Source of the DNA: Octopus vulgaris
Lineage: Eukaryota
Assembly: GCA_951406725.2 (NCBI GenBank)
Contig: OX597827.1
Span: 61,008,001 to 61,072,000, forward strand
DNA: 64,000 nt
Direction of reading: 5' to 3'
In this document: piece by piece, positions 14,771-27,083 of the stretch
Layout: each line of letters starts with the position of its first letter
Numbering within the stretch: the stretch's first letter is position 1
Notes under the pieces: generated by a model
What the model was told of the DNA's origin: nothing
Database searches by the model: none
What the model saw: the letters and a program-made list of their open reading frames with translations, nothing else
Position numbers and translations under genes: made by a program

Positions 14771-15112
14771 TACACAACAGGTTTCTTTCAGTTTCCATCT
14801 ACCAAATTCACTCACAAGACTTTGGTCAGCCCAAGGCCATAGAAAAAGACACTTGCCTAAGGAGCTACAAAGTGGGACTGAAGCCAGAACTATGTAGTTG
14901 GGAGTGCCAAAATATTTATAAATATTTTCAAGCCTTTTGAAAATTCATCTAACCATGTTTAATTGCTTACAAATATATAACTTAACGGCATATTGTTTTT
15001 TTTCTCTCTTTTCAACAATATTTCTAGATTCAATTTATAAGTCATACTGAAGTGCATTGGAGGGTTTTTGAGGGTAGACAGAGGGAAAAGTTTTAAAAAA
15101 AAAAAGCCTTAC

Positions 15113-15234
15113 TCGTTTTTTTCCTGGTATTGTTTGTCTTGTTCTGTAACCGTCCAGCTGAAGATAGTCATCCAGGCTGAATATAGGTGAGGCTGAACGT
15201 CGGCGCTTACCAAATCGAATTCCATCAAGTTTAT
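15113..15234 (-). CDS. YLPM1: YLPM1 penultimate exon (DKLDGIRFGKRRRSASPIFSLDDYLQLDGYRTRQTIPGKKR)
   Basis: cttcctaag|ATAAACTT ... AAACGA|gtaagg; 122 nt, phase 1->0; conserved DKLDG, DYLQL and PGKKR. Confidence 0.95.
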
Positions 15235-15695
15235 CTTAGGAAGATACAAAAGACTTACCCATTACAAAAGTAAAGTCATTCTACTGATATGGAGGGAGTG
15301 GGGCCCTTTGCAATATAATTATATCATTGACTTTTATAAGCCCTGCAGTGTACAGATCAATGAAATGTGACAGAAACTGAGGTTTAAACAGCCACAATGC
15401 AGGTAATCAATGGCCTTATGATCAGTAGTGTGTATATGTGTGTATATGTATGTATGTATGCATGCATGTGTGCATATCATTTAATAAACACAGGATTTAA
15501 ATTTGGGTTGCAATATGTTTCATTCTCTAATAGTAATCAGATGAGCTGGTACAGCATGCTGTGTACAATCGTGTAATCTTTCAGGCTCAAAATAAACATA
15601 GATGCTTTCTGAGAAAGAATGAGAATAAAAAAAGGAGAAAAAGAAAAGTTTTGGAGTGGGATGGGAGGAGAATATGATTTGTGTCCCTTTGGAAA

Positions 15696-16065
15696 CTAAA
15701 TTATATACATAAACTATCTTGTCACCACCTCTGTATCGTCTTTAAATTCCTTATAGCTAATATTAGCAATAGGATATCTATTCTTTCTCTTCCAATAAAA
15801 TATTCGATAAGAATCTCCTACTATAACACCCTGGCAAAAAGTAGCTTCAAAGAGGAGATAATTTACATGCCTACAATAAAAAGAACAAAGCCTAAAATCT
15901 AGGAAGGCTAGATGACCACAACCTCCTTAAATGTTAAGACAAATACATTCCTAGCCTTGATAAATAAACATTTCCCAAACAGCCACAGGTATAAGAACAT
16001 TTTTAATAGGCATTCTGTGTAAGTTTCTAACAGATGCTGCTCCAACATGAAAAGCCATATTATAC
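15696..16065 (+). mobile_element. Penelope-like element remnant (RT C-terminal/linker region)
   Basis: Translates YIHKLSCH..NISNRISILS and LNVKTNTFLALINKHFPNSHRYKNIFNRHSV*VSNRCCSNMKSHII. This matches the PLE motifs 'YIH..SNHPP' and 'FL.L..KHFP..H...KIFNR..VKVSYSC..NM'. Stops and frameshifts are present. Confidence 0.82.
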
Positions 16066-17408
16066 TCAAGTTACACCAGGTGCCCACTCAACCAAGCATG
16101 CATAGTAGCTCAGATATATATACAAAAGCTGAGGCTATCTCAGTTCTACAAAATAATAAACTGATAAGGAAAAATATACTGAAATATATGAAAGTGAGAG
16201 ATGGCCAAAGAATGGAAGAACTACAGCAAAGAATACACTGAGTCAGCTGTTCTGATGACAATTACACAATTGGTTGATAAGACATCAAAATGCAGTCAAT
16301 GTGTGTGTTTGGCTAATTTTAAAATATATATTTATCTCCGCTGGCTGTGATTAGGGTTGGCTAGAGTTGCAAATGTTGATACCTACATGGAGATTTAAAT
16401 CATGTAGCTGAGTTTTGAGGCTGGCTAGGGATTTATTTGAGGGTCCTGCATCTGTAGTAGAAGACACTCACTCAAGGTGTCATACAGCACAGGCTGAACC
16501 GGAAAGCAATTGGCTGAAGAGTAGATGTAACTACACAGCCACATATAAATATTCTACATACAATGGATTTCCTGTAATATTCATCTGCCAAATTCCATTG
16601 CAAAGTAGTGATTAACTTGTAGCTACAGCAGAAGACACTTACTCAAAGTGGGACTGAACCTGAAAGCAAGTGGCTGGAAAGTAAACTTTTCAACCAGACA
16701 GCTATACTCTTTTACTTGTTTCAGTCATTTGACTGTGGCCATGCTGGAGCACCGCCTTTCGTCAAGCAAATCAACCCAAGGACTTATTCTTTGTAAGCCT
16801 AGTACTTATTTTATCGGCCTCTTTTGCTGAAGTGCTAAGTTACGGGGATGTAAACACACCAGCATCAGTTGTCAAGTGATGTTGGAGGGGACAAACACAG
16901 ACACACAAACACATACATACAAATATACAACAGGCTTCTTTCAGTTTCCATCTACTTTGATAGCCTCTACTTTGACCCATACAAGCATGGGTCTAATTTT
17001 ATCAAGGCAGATTTTCTGCAGCTGGATGAACCTTCCTATTGCCATCCTTCACCTGTTTCCAAGCCATGGCCTGGTATGGCTTTTGCAGAATATTTACCAC
17101 AATCATGCAATGTCAAGGCAAGGAGGCACAAAAACACACGCACTCACATATGAGGGCTTATGGCTTAGTGGTTAGGATGTTGCACTCACAATCTCGAGAT
17201 CGCAATTTCAATTCCTAGACCAGGTGGTGCGTTGTGTTCTTGAGCAAATCACTTCATCTGTTGTTCTGCGATCATCTCGACATCTGACGTGCTACACCTT
17301 GCACCAGTTCAAGGCAACATTGATTTGATGGAAGGAGTGAGCTAATGTACGGCACATTCATGTTATCACTATAAACAAATCATTTGTGCAGGTCTTTGAC
17401 AGGTGAGT

Positions 17409-17447
<39 letters not shown>

Positions 17448-18476
17448 ATATGCACCTGCACACACACACTCATACAGAGAATGGGCTTCTTTAACTTTCT
17501 ATCTAACAAATCCACTGAGAAGGCTTTCATTAGCCTGTGGCTATAAAAGAAGATACAATGGGACTGAACCCATAACCGTCTGATTGAGAAGTAAACTTCT
17601 TAACCATTCAGCCACACCTGTGTGTGTGTGTCTGTGTGTTACATATGTAAAGAATGAAGTTCCAAATGGGAAATGGCCAACTACACAAGTCCTAATATAG
17701 TTATGTTGTTTAATTCCTGGTCAACTTTCACTGAACAAACCTATGGTCAAAAGCACTCCAGCCATGATCAACCAGTCCATTTTCTTTTGATTTGAGGGAG
17801 ATTTGACTGCTACTTCAACTGACCAAATAGAGGCTCCTGTTACTTTTAGCTTGTGTACTACAGATGACTCAAGAATGTAAAGTGATGCTTCTTTTTACTA
17901 TGGTAGGACATAAATACACTCAAAACACAGTGATGAACTCAGCTGCAAGTGATCTAGCTTTTCTCCTGAAGAATATCTAGAAAATATTTAGCTTTAATAA
18001 AATGCGTGTATTTGCCAAAAGTCAATGCTTAATGAATTAGCTATTATATTCCCGTTACAGGGGTAGTGGCATCTACTGATGGGTTTCTGTCCCATTGCTA
18101 ATTTTTATTTTTTAATCCTCTCTTATCTGTTTACTCAAACTAACATATTTGAGGCCATAAGATGCATTTATTTTTTTCCCGCCAAAATAAAGTCTCCAAA
18201 AAAAAAAAAAAATCATCCCCTACATATATGCAAAATTGGGCCCTTGTAAGCTTTGATATGCCAAAAACATTGTTTTCCCTGTATAAGTGTTGTTGAAACT
18301 GGGGTGCATCAAATATGCCACCACAGACTGTACTCCTGAGTTTGAGACCAGAACACAAACACCAGAGTCGTTCTTCTCTATTTTTATCAGACCAAAGGCT
18401 GAGGCAAACTGGTTAAGATTTGAAGCACAGAAAAAGAAGCAGATGAGCAAATAAAACTATTACTAGTGTTCCTTAC

Positions 18477-18500
18477 CCAGCACTTGGTCGTTTACTTGTC
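18477..18500 (-). CDS. YLPM1: Candidate 24-nt symmetric microexon of YLPM1 (GQVNDQVL)
   Basis: ttattttacag|GACAAGTAAACGACCAAGTGCTGG|gtaagg; phase 1->1, stop-free and frame-preserving between the flanking exons. Confidence 0.6.
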
Positions 18501-18628
18501 CTGTAAAATAAATAACAATAGGTGGTGAGAAAAACAAATAAATTATTTGAAAGGTTTTCTGGAGTAAATAAAGAATTAAATATCAAAAGTGAAAACCAGA
18601 ATGCAAGATAAGTAATGAAGGTCTATAT

Positions 18629-18904
18629 CAGTGGTTCCCAAAGTGGGTGGTACAGCCCGCCCTTCTGAGAGCAGTGGAAGGGGGGGGTTGGAGAAAAGTT
18701 CGGTGATAATGGGGGTGGCCAAAGGGGAGAAATGGATGTAAAAACAAAATAATAGGTTAATTAGGTTAAATTTTAATTGTGAAATACAGATGTTTAAATT
18801 TGCTGTAGAAAGTAATCTATGTTTGTGGTGGTCAGTTGGGGTGGGGTAGAAATAAGATTTGGGTGTCAAGGAGGCGGCAGCCTGTAAAAGTTTGGGAACC
18901 ACTG
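18629..18904. mobile_element. hAT-type MITE
   Basis: 14-bp perfect TIRs cagtggttcccaaa / tttgggaaccactg; 8-bp TSD gtctatat / gtctgtat. Confidence 0.9.
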
Positions 18905-19618
18905 GTCTGTATCAAGAAAAATCTATCTAAGTTGCAAATGCAACTAACTTCATATGCTGTAGAGGGATGTGAATTATAACATTTCAGACAGGACCTTTAT
19001 TCATGCTCAAAACATTTAGCATTTACGGCTTCCAAAAAGGCATATGAACATTCATCACCATTCAACTTCCAGTTTTCCATACTTGCATGGATCAAATAGG
19101 AATTGTTCAAGCAGATTTTCTATAGCAGGATGACCTTTCTGTTGCCAGTGCTCACAAGTTTCCTAGCAAGGTAATATTTCCCATGATCAGACAAGACCAG
19201 ACATGATCCCATGACTGAAAGGGATCTTTACATATGTTTCTCCATGCTAGCATGGGTTGAATGAATATATTCATGAGGCACTGTTTGGCAACCTTCTGTT
19301 CTTCCTGTCACTAACTCTTGTTTTTCAAATACAGGGTATTATTTTCCATGGCTTCAAAGGTGCAAAACCAGCAGATTTGTTGACAAGAAAAATGTCTTTA
19401 CCACTCAGCAATTTTCAAAGAAGTGTAAATGTAAACAAACACATAGCTAGAAACATGCATGCACGCACACATACACATGCACTCGCATAGACACACACAC
19501 ACGCGTGCACTCACATACATACATACACACACACGTGTGTGCATGCACATGCAACAGGTTTCATGTGTTTGTGTTAATTCAGAAACTGTTTTAAATAACA
19601 AAAGCTATTTTCACTTAC

Positions 19619-19664
19619 CAGTTTGATCGCCTACATCAATTTCCCATTTACTTTTAATATAACC
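19619..19664 (-). CDS. YLPM1: YLPM1 exon (GYIKSKWEIDVGDQT)
   Basis: gcatttcag|GGTTAT ... CAAACTG|gtaagt; 46 nt, phase 0->1; conserved GYI-KSKWE. Confidence 0.92.
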
Positions 19665-19728
19665 CTGAAATGCAGAAAGTTAAATTAATTATGTTTGTGG
19701 ACAATAATTTAATAATAGCTTTATTAAC

Positions 19729-20162
19729 AACTAGCAGCATAGCCCAGCATTGCCCGGGTATGTAAGAGCCCCTAGTAGGCAACGACTAATCCCAATCTAG
19801 TCCTTTCCCTCTAGGGAACGAAGGCGCATGCGTAGGTTGCAATGTCTTCCCTTCACTCGAATACTTCTGTGTATACGATGTTCCTAGCTGTCCCTTTGGG
19901 CGATAAAAGGTCGAGTTGTGTCCCCTAGACAGAAAATGTGTTGCATATAAAAAGCTTAGCTTCTCGACCCCATATCGAATTTATCGATCTTTTTCAGAAC
20001 TGGGGGGACTTTTCAAAATTTTCGCTGCGTTAGTATTGAATTATGACATTGGACTATGTGTGTGTCAAGTTTCATCAGAATCGGTTGAAAGCTGTGGTCA
20101 GGGTGAGGGTACAACCTGACAGACACACAGACAGACAAACTGCCGTTTATATATAGAGAGAT
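19729..20162 (+). mobile_element. Helentron-associated non-autonomous element (HINE/DINE-1-like)
   Basis: 5' actagc..gcccagcattgcccggg hairpin, (gaca)n microsatellite and 3' tttatatatagagagat end, typical of HINE-like elements. CpG-richer than the flanks. A probable 3' fragment of a similar element lies at about 25090-25400. Confidence 0.65.
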
Positions 20163-22076
20163 AATAATACTACTAGGGCCACAAATAACAGAATCAACTA
20201 AGTAATGAAAGGAATGTTTATGGTGCTCTAGTTGCATTCCTCTATGACTTGCATTTAAATTAACTCCAGGTTCATTAGTACTTATTAAGTGGAGAGGTCA
20301 ATCATCATCATCATCGTTTAACGTCTGCTTTCCGTGCTAGTATGGGTTGGACGATCTGACTGAGTACTGGCGAACCAGATGGCTGCACCAGGCTCCAATC
20401 TTGATCTGGCAGAGTTTCTACAGCTGGATGTCCTTCCTAACGCCAACCACTCCAAGAGTGTAGTGGGTGCTTTTTACGTGCCACCAGCAGGAGGGCCAGT
20501 CAGGCGGTACTGGCAACGGTCACGCTCAAGTGGTGTTTTTTATGTGCCATCTGCACAGGAGCCAGTCCAGCGGCACTGGCAACGACCTCGCTTGAATGTT
20601 TTTTCATGTGCCAGTAAGGTGACGCTGGTAACGATCACGCTCGAATGGTGCTTTTTATGTGCCACCAGCAGGAGGGCCAGTCAGGCGGTACTGGCAACGG
20701 TCACGCTCAAATGGTGTTTTTTATGTGCCATCTGCACAGGAGCCAGTCCAGCGGCACTGGCAACAACCTCGCTTGAATGTTTTTTACGTGCCAGTAAGGT
20801 GACGCTGGTAACGATCACGCTCGAATGGTGCTTTTTATGTGCCACCGGCAATATGGCTGACAATATATATCTTCCTCAAAATAAGAGTCCTTCCTCCTAG
20901 AAAACATTATTATTACTACTAACCTGGCAGAATCATTAGAGCATTAGAAAAAAAAATGCCTTGCAGTATTTGTTCCAGTTCCTTATATGCCGAGTTCAAT
21001 TCCTGCCAAGAACAACTTTGCTTTTCATCCCTTCAGAGCCGTTAGCAGTCCGGGTTAGAAGCATACAAACAACATATCGAACAGAACATAATTTTCAGAT
21101 TGTCCAACACAAATCTTGTGTTAGTATGATATAAAAAACATGGGAGATCACTCTCAGCAGAGAGGTCGGAAAAAATTAAAATAAAAGTATGGAAGGGAGA
21201 TAATTCGGAGACGGGTTAATGATTTAATGGGCCTAAATTGGCAATTTGACTATTTCTCTCGTACATTTGCATATTCATATCTATGATGGCCTACATCACT
21301 CAATACACGCCTAAAAGCATAACTTGCAAGCACAAAGCAAAACTGCAGAAAAGGAAGACATGGGAAGAAGCAATAAAAGCTGATTTCAAGATACCGAATC
21401 TCAATGTGATAAACGGCTGCAACAAATGGAGAGCTGGTGTGTGTGTGAGTGAAAGAGCGAGAGCGAGAGCGAGAGAGAGAGAGAGAGAGTGTGTGTGTGT
21501 GTGCGCGCGCGCGCGTGCATACTATTGTATGACCAATGCCCTTTTTGCTGCAACGATATGAAGAACTGGAATCCTGACATTTGTAGCACTGAACAAAGTA
21601 AGAACATCTTTTCTTCTGAGGGATGAATTGAAACCTCACACAGCAGATTACTGTGCTGCACTATCTACAACAGTCATATATATATACCAGCCACATGGCA
21701 TCTGCTTAAGCTAGGTGGACTTGGTCGTTGAGCGTTGTTTTAGTTATGGACATAAAATCAGCACTGGTGATGGGACCGGAACCAACAAGCTTTCTTCCTG
21801 TTTATATTGGTTGGATGCATCATCACTTGCACATACATGCTTGTAAGTGCTGGAGAAAAACTGCCCAACCAATACAAGCTGATAAAGTATCTGCTGGAGA
21901 AGACATATCCAGCTAATACGAGTGTGTATCTGGATGTATACAAACTGCATTCTCATGAATGTGATCATGACTGGAAACTAAGGACAGTTACAGAGTGTGA
22001 CAGTGACTCAGCTTCAAATAAAAAAGTTTGCCGTGATTTTATCACAACCCCGAGAGAGAAGGAAACATTTGTTTAC

Positions 22077-22172
22077 CACTGGTCCTATAGGTTCATCTTC
22101 CTCTTCAGCATCTCCTTTTTGTGGGGTAGCATCCTTTTTAGTTTTCTCATCTGATGTGTCTTCCATTTCAAC
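22077..22172 (-). CDS. YLPM1: YLPM1 exon (VEMEDTSDEKTKKDATPQKGDAEEEDEPIGPV)
   Basis: ctgttttag|GTTGAAATG ... CCAGTG|gtaaac; 96 nt, phase 0->0; conserved VEMED start. Confidence 0.9.
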
Positions 22173-23212
22173 CTAAAACAGACATACATTAAAAGTTACA
22201 TGAACAGATATCAATGAATAAATGATGTGCAACTATATGGATATATATATATATATATATGTGTGTATGTGTGTGTGTATATATATACATATATATATAT
22301 ATGTATATGTATGTGTGTGTGTGTGTGTGTATATATATATACATACATACATACACACTAATAATATATTCTATGTAGATTCCTGCAGTACAAATGACAT
22401 TCCACAGGGTCCTCTGAATTTGGATCAAACACGAACTTTGAAACCAATACCAAGTTTCAAATATTTAAACTGACCATGAGTTGTTTGCTCCTGTCCCCAA
22501 AATCTGATGTTGGGGACACCTGACTTTTGGGTACCTTTCAACAGAGTCCACTTGGTTGTATGTATTCACACTAATTCTCCATTCTGCAGATCATTTCCTC
22601 CTATCATCAGTCCTGGAGATCTTTCAAATCTAGTTATGTGCTGCACTGCCTCGTTCTCTCCTAATTAAACTAAAGATATATTTAACTAAACTTCATGAAA
22701 ATCATGTACTTATAAGATATATGACTAGTTTGGTTAATTGACCAGTAATGTGCCATAGTAACACAGATCTTTGTTGTTTTGTATTTTCTCCTTTTTTTAA
22801 AACTAAGTCAAAGAGAGAAAAGTAGACCGTGGCCCTTCATTATATTTTTTCAGAGCCCTCCAAAACTTATGGCAGTTCTTGATCCAAGCTTGGTCTGAGT
22901 GCTTACAAAAGAATGGTACCCTCTACTAAAGTTATCCAAGGTGTTAAATAAAGAGCTAGAATCAATACTGAAAGACATTTCATCTGATAATCTACTGATT
23001 CTTCCAACCTGCTCTTTTGGACTGGTACTTTATCTTATCAACCAGGAAAGGACGAAAGGCCAACTTGATCTCAGCAGAATTTGAATTCAGAGCACAAAGC
23101 ACAAGGACTAAATACTACAAACTCCTATTCACTGCCAGTTTATTGTCTTCAATTTCAGCCATGCTCAAATTTGACCCTCACCCCCCACCTATCTCATTCA
23201 TATTACACTCAC

Positions 23213-23296
23213 CTCTGGGATAGCAGCATCCTGAAGAAGACATCGAATATCTAAGTGTATATGGTGTTTTGGCGTCTCCTCCCAGTTCTTGTGGAT
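23213..23296 (-). CDS. YLPM1: YLPM1 exon (IHKNWEETPKHHIHLDIRCLLQDAAIPE)
   Basis: ttttatttcag|ATCCAC ... CCAGAG|gtgagt; 84 nt, phase 0->0. Matches 'WE..P.H..RLDIRSLLQDAAI'. Confidence 0.95.
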
Positions 23297-24212
23297 CTGA
23301 AATAAAATGATGGAAGCACTTGAGAAAATGATAACAAATAAAATCTCATCAACACATCTGCTATTGATCATCATCCATTTAGCAAGAGGAAAAAACAAAA
23401 AAAAAAGAACAATGAGAGACTGCATTTTTATTGTATATCCAGTAATTGCTTTAGTAATCACACTACAACTGCATATACTATTTACTCAAATTACATAATA
23501 TGTAAATGTTTATTTTTCTTTGCTATTTCATCTTCGCAAGATAATTATCCAAACACCTCGCAATATTAGGATTGACTATTCTAGGCACAGGAGTAGCTGG
23601 GTGGTTAAGAATCTTGCTTCATAACCATGTGGTTTCAGGTTCAGTCCCACTGTGTAGTACCTTGGGCATGTGTCTTCTACAAAAGCCTTGTCCAACCAAA
23701 ACTTTGTGAGTGGATCTGGTAGATGGAAACTGAAAGAAGCCTACTGTGTGTGTGTCGTATATATGATTGTGTATGTGTGTGAGGGCCTTGCCTTGACATC
23801 TTGTGATGGTTTTTTCCATGGGGGAAACATTACACTGCTTGACACAAGTTAGAGCTGGTTACAGGAAGGGCATCCAGCTGTAGAAAATCTGTCTCAACAA
23901 ACTCTATCTGACTCATGGAAGCAAAGGAAAGTGGACATTATAAGAATGATGGTCCTACTATTGTCAGGGTCCTCAATTTCTTCTGTCTCAAATTGCTGCT
24001 ATTTATAATATCTCATACAATCTACATTAAAACTGTAGCATTTGATAAAACTCGTTGTAAATTGAGAATATAACAAATAACATATTTTGTGCTTGGTTTT
24101 AATCCTTGAAATCTATTAAATTTTTAACCCAGCAGGATAGAAATGTCATTTACATGAATGAATATCAAAATCCCAAGCAATGCAGGTGGCAAGAAGAAAG
24201 AAAGCCACTCAC

Positions 24213-24296
24213 CTTGTTGATGTCCTGTTTTGTGCGTCCGTGTATGTTGCGTTTTATACATGTTGAAACATCTGAGTGAACAGTCGCTACATAAAC
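24213..24296 (-). CDS. YLPM1: YLPM1 kinase-domain exon (VYVATVHSDVSTCIKRNIHGRTKQDINK)
   Basis: ctctctggcag|GTTTAT ... AACAAG|gtgagt; 84 nt, phase 0->0; C-x-KRNIHGR lid motif. Confidence 0.95.
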
Positions 24297-24702
24297 CTGC
24301 CAGAGAGAGGACGATAAATGAACATCAGAAAAAAGAAAAAAAGGAAAAGAATATTTAATATAGAATTATTTTCCATTCTCTCAAAGTTTATAAATTCTTA
24401 TGATGTCATTTCCCTTTGAGCTGGAAAATGAATGGAATGCTTGGTGTGTGTCTTGTGAGGAATATATATATATATATAGCTATATATATACATGGCGGGT
24501 TCAGTCCCACTGCGTGGCATCTTGGGTAAGTAGTCTTCTGCTAACCAACCAAACATGGTTCCGGTTCAGCTCCCACTGCGTATATAGCATCTTGCCGGCG
24601 AAGTGTCTTCTTGACTGATGACCCCGGACCAACCAATGGTTCTTGTGAGTGGTGTTTCATGTTTTGTCCATGACTGGATTTAACTGTTTACATAAAGATA
24701 GC

Positions 24703-24758
<56 letters not shown>

Positions 24759-25023
24759 TTGTGTGTCTATGTTTGTCCCTCTAGCATTGCTTGACAACCG
24801 GTGCTGGTGTGTTTACGTCCCCGTCACTTAGCGGTTCGGCAAAAGAGACCGATAGAATAAGTACTGGGCTTACAAAGAATAAGTCCCGGGGTCGATTTGC
24901 CCGACCAAAGGCGGTGCTCCAGCATGGCCGCAGTCAAATGACTGAAACAAGTAAAAGAGAGTGTGTATATATATATATATGTATATCTGTAAATGTAATA
25001 TGTGACAATTATTCGGTAGCCGT

Positions 25024-25086
25024 GATAGAACTCTGAGTTTCAGATCCCGAGGTGGAAATCCACGTCGCCATCTCCTCAGTTGGATA
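25024..25086 (-). ncRNA. Degenerate hammerhead-like motif
   Basis: CTGAGGA-gat..cga.gtgga(tt)tccac.tcg..atc-t-GAAA-ctc(a)gag-TT: long stem II and palindromic stem III, but stem I is unpaired. Confidence 0.35.
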
Positions 25087-25757
25087 AATTTTTACACCCA
25101 CAATTAAAGATAACCGCCTCTAGCCCCTGCAGCAACACGAAAAGCCACCATTATTCAAACAGTGCAACCTGTATATCCCATAATTTTTCCCATATTTCTC
25201 ACCATGGCTACCAAATGGTAGCCCCGAGTGACTTGCAACCCTCCTCACACCATTACCCACCCCAATTTACCCCCCAGGGTAAATTTTGGCGGTAATCCGA
25301 CCCCATCTACCGCCCCCTAAACTGTTCCCACCCCCAAAGTGAGACAAATAACCAAGAAATCAAACAATATTTTCGCAATTCAGCTTTATAGATATTGATG
25401 GCTGAATGGCATCTCTGGAACAACAGATATACGTGTCACACCTTGTTATTTTGTCATCTGCTACCTGCAGGAGATAGGTCTGATCTCGAGCTATAGGTTG
25501 TTCAATTAATCAATCAATCCCAAAAGCTTGACTTATTGATTCTGGGAGTATCTAAATTGAGAGCAATCATCATCATCATGATTTAATGTCCGTTTTTCAC
25601 ACTGGTATGGGTTGGACGGTTTGACAGGAGCTGGCTAGGAAGACTGCACCAGGCTTCTCTGCATGTTTTAGCAATAAGAACAAAACAAAATAGCACAGCT
25701 TCTTCTGAAAATTTGTAACACTAACAAGAACAACAAACAATAGATAAAATTTCTTAC

Positions 25758-25934
25758 CTGAAATCCCTTGGATTTTGCATAGCTCCAAAACTCTTCAAAA
25801 TGCCTGACTTTCTCATTAACACTGTCGTAAATTATGAATGGGAAGAAACCGTCATCAATTGTCTTTTTGAAGCTTTTCAGAATACTCTGCCTATATGTCT
25901 CTTCAAGATCAGGTTCATACTCATATTGCAGAAC
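25758..25934 (-). CDS. YLPM1: YLPM1 kinase-domain exon (VLQYEYEPDLEETYRQSILKSFKKTIDDGFFPFIIYDSVNEKVRHFEEFWSYAKSKGFQ)
   Basis: gcttttag|GTTCTG ... TTTCAG|gtaaga; 177 nt, phase 0->0. Highly conserved YLPM1 segment. Confidence 0.96.
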
Positions 25935-27083
25935 CTAAAAGCAATACAATACAAAGAACAGATACAGTATTAATATTTTTTGTCTACTGTATTTCATGGC
26001 AAAAAAAAGACATGGTGATAATTATATGCAACCCAATTTCAGTAGTGCATATTGAGTGGGAAAAAAACAAAAAAAGGTTATAGATGATTAAAGCTTATGA
26101 GAGGCCCAACTTCACATATAGGACTTAGTGTGATATTTTGAAACATTTTTTGCTTTGTTAATAAAAGAGGGGAGGGGGCTTTTATATGCCATCAAATACA
26201 GTAGTTCAATGTGTCATTTACTAGTGTTGATATTTTAGGCCACACTTCAGCAGTCTTTGTTTGGTTTTTATCGCTAGAAATTATATTTTCCATAGAGTTG
26301 ATATTCTAGGCAATGCCTCAACAGTCTGGTCCACTGTTGTAATCACAGTAAAACTGATGACCATTTTGCTTGCTGGCTTCATGCTCTTGCTTGATGGGGC
26401 TGGAGTCATCCAAGGTTAGTGGTCCCAGAGACATCATATGTAGAGCCAACCAGGTCCACCAGTGCTCTCCACTGCTGATGGTCCCATGCCAACTCTCTGT
26501 ATCCACCAAGATGTCGTCGTGCTTCTGGAGATCTTCCTCAACCCTTTCATTACCAACCCGGCTGAAACCAGCTTTGGCTCTGAGTACAAATGTCTTGCTT
26601 CCATAAGTTTTGAATTAAAATCTTCTACCAAACCTTAGTCAAAATTTATGTTCCTAACACTAGCTTTAATGATAACTAAGTCATTTTACTAAATTCTTTG
26701 TTATATTTAAAGTAATTGAAAGAAACACAGAGCATCTTAACAGAAATACAGTAACAAAAGGGTTAAATCATTTTGCTACTTTTACAATATTCAGTTGGAA
26801 TTGAATTTCTAATGTAGGACATACTCTGCTAAGTTGACTTTCTTTGATGCATTATAGAAAGCTGCAGTCTAGTAGTGCACCTGCAAGCCAACAGCCCTGA
26901 GAGATCACCATGAACCACATATCATAGTTCACTCTCATACACACACACAAAAGCACATACTCAACAAGAGAAGGGGTGATTGTAGAGGATGTGAGAGAAT
27001 GGGATAAAGAGCAAAAAAAAATCAGGGAGTAAGCAAACAAGCATGGGACTACAAGCAAATATGCAATATTTACACCTGCTTAC

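Noticed and set aside
21265-21278. POU/octamer element ATGAATATGCAAAT on the minus strand
   Set aside because: A single AT-rich motif in an AT-rich 64-kb window with no supporting context.
26290-26600. Short ORFs that may be an RTE ORF C-terminal remnant (..ILVDTESW..)
   Set aside because: Too degenerate to call by eye, and not part of the YLPM1 exon chain.
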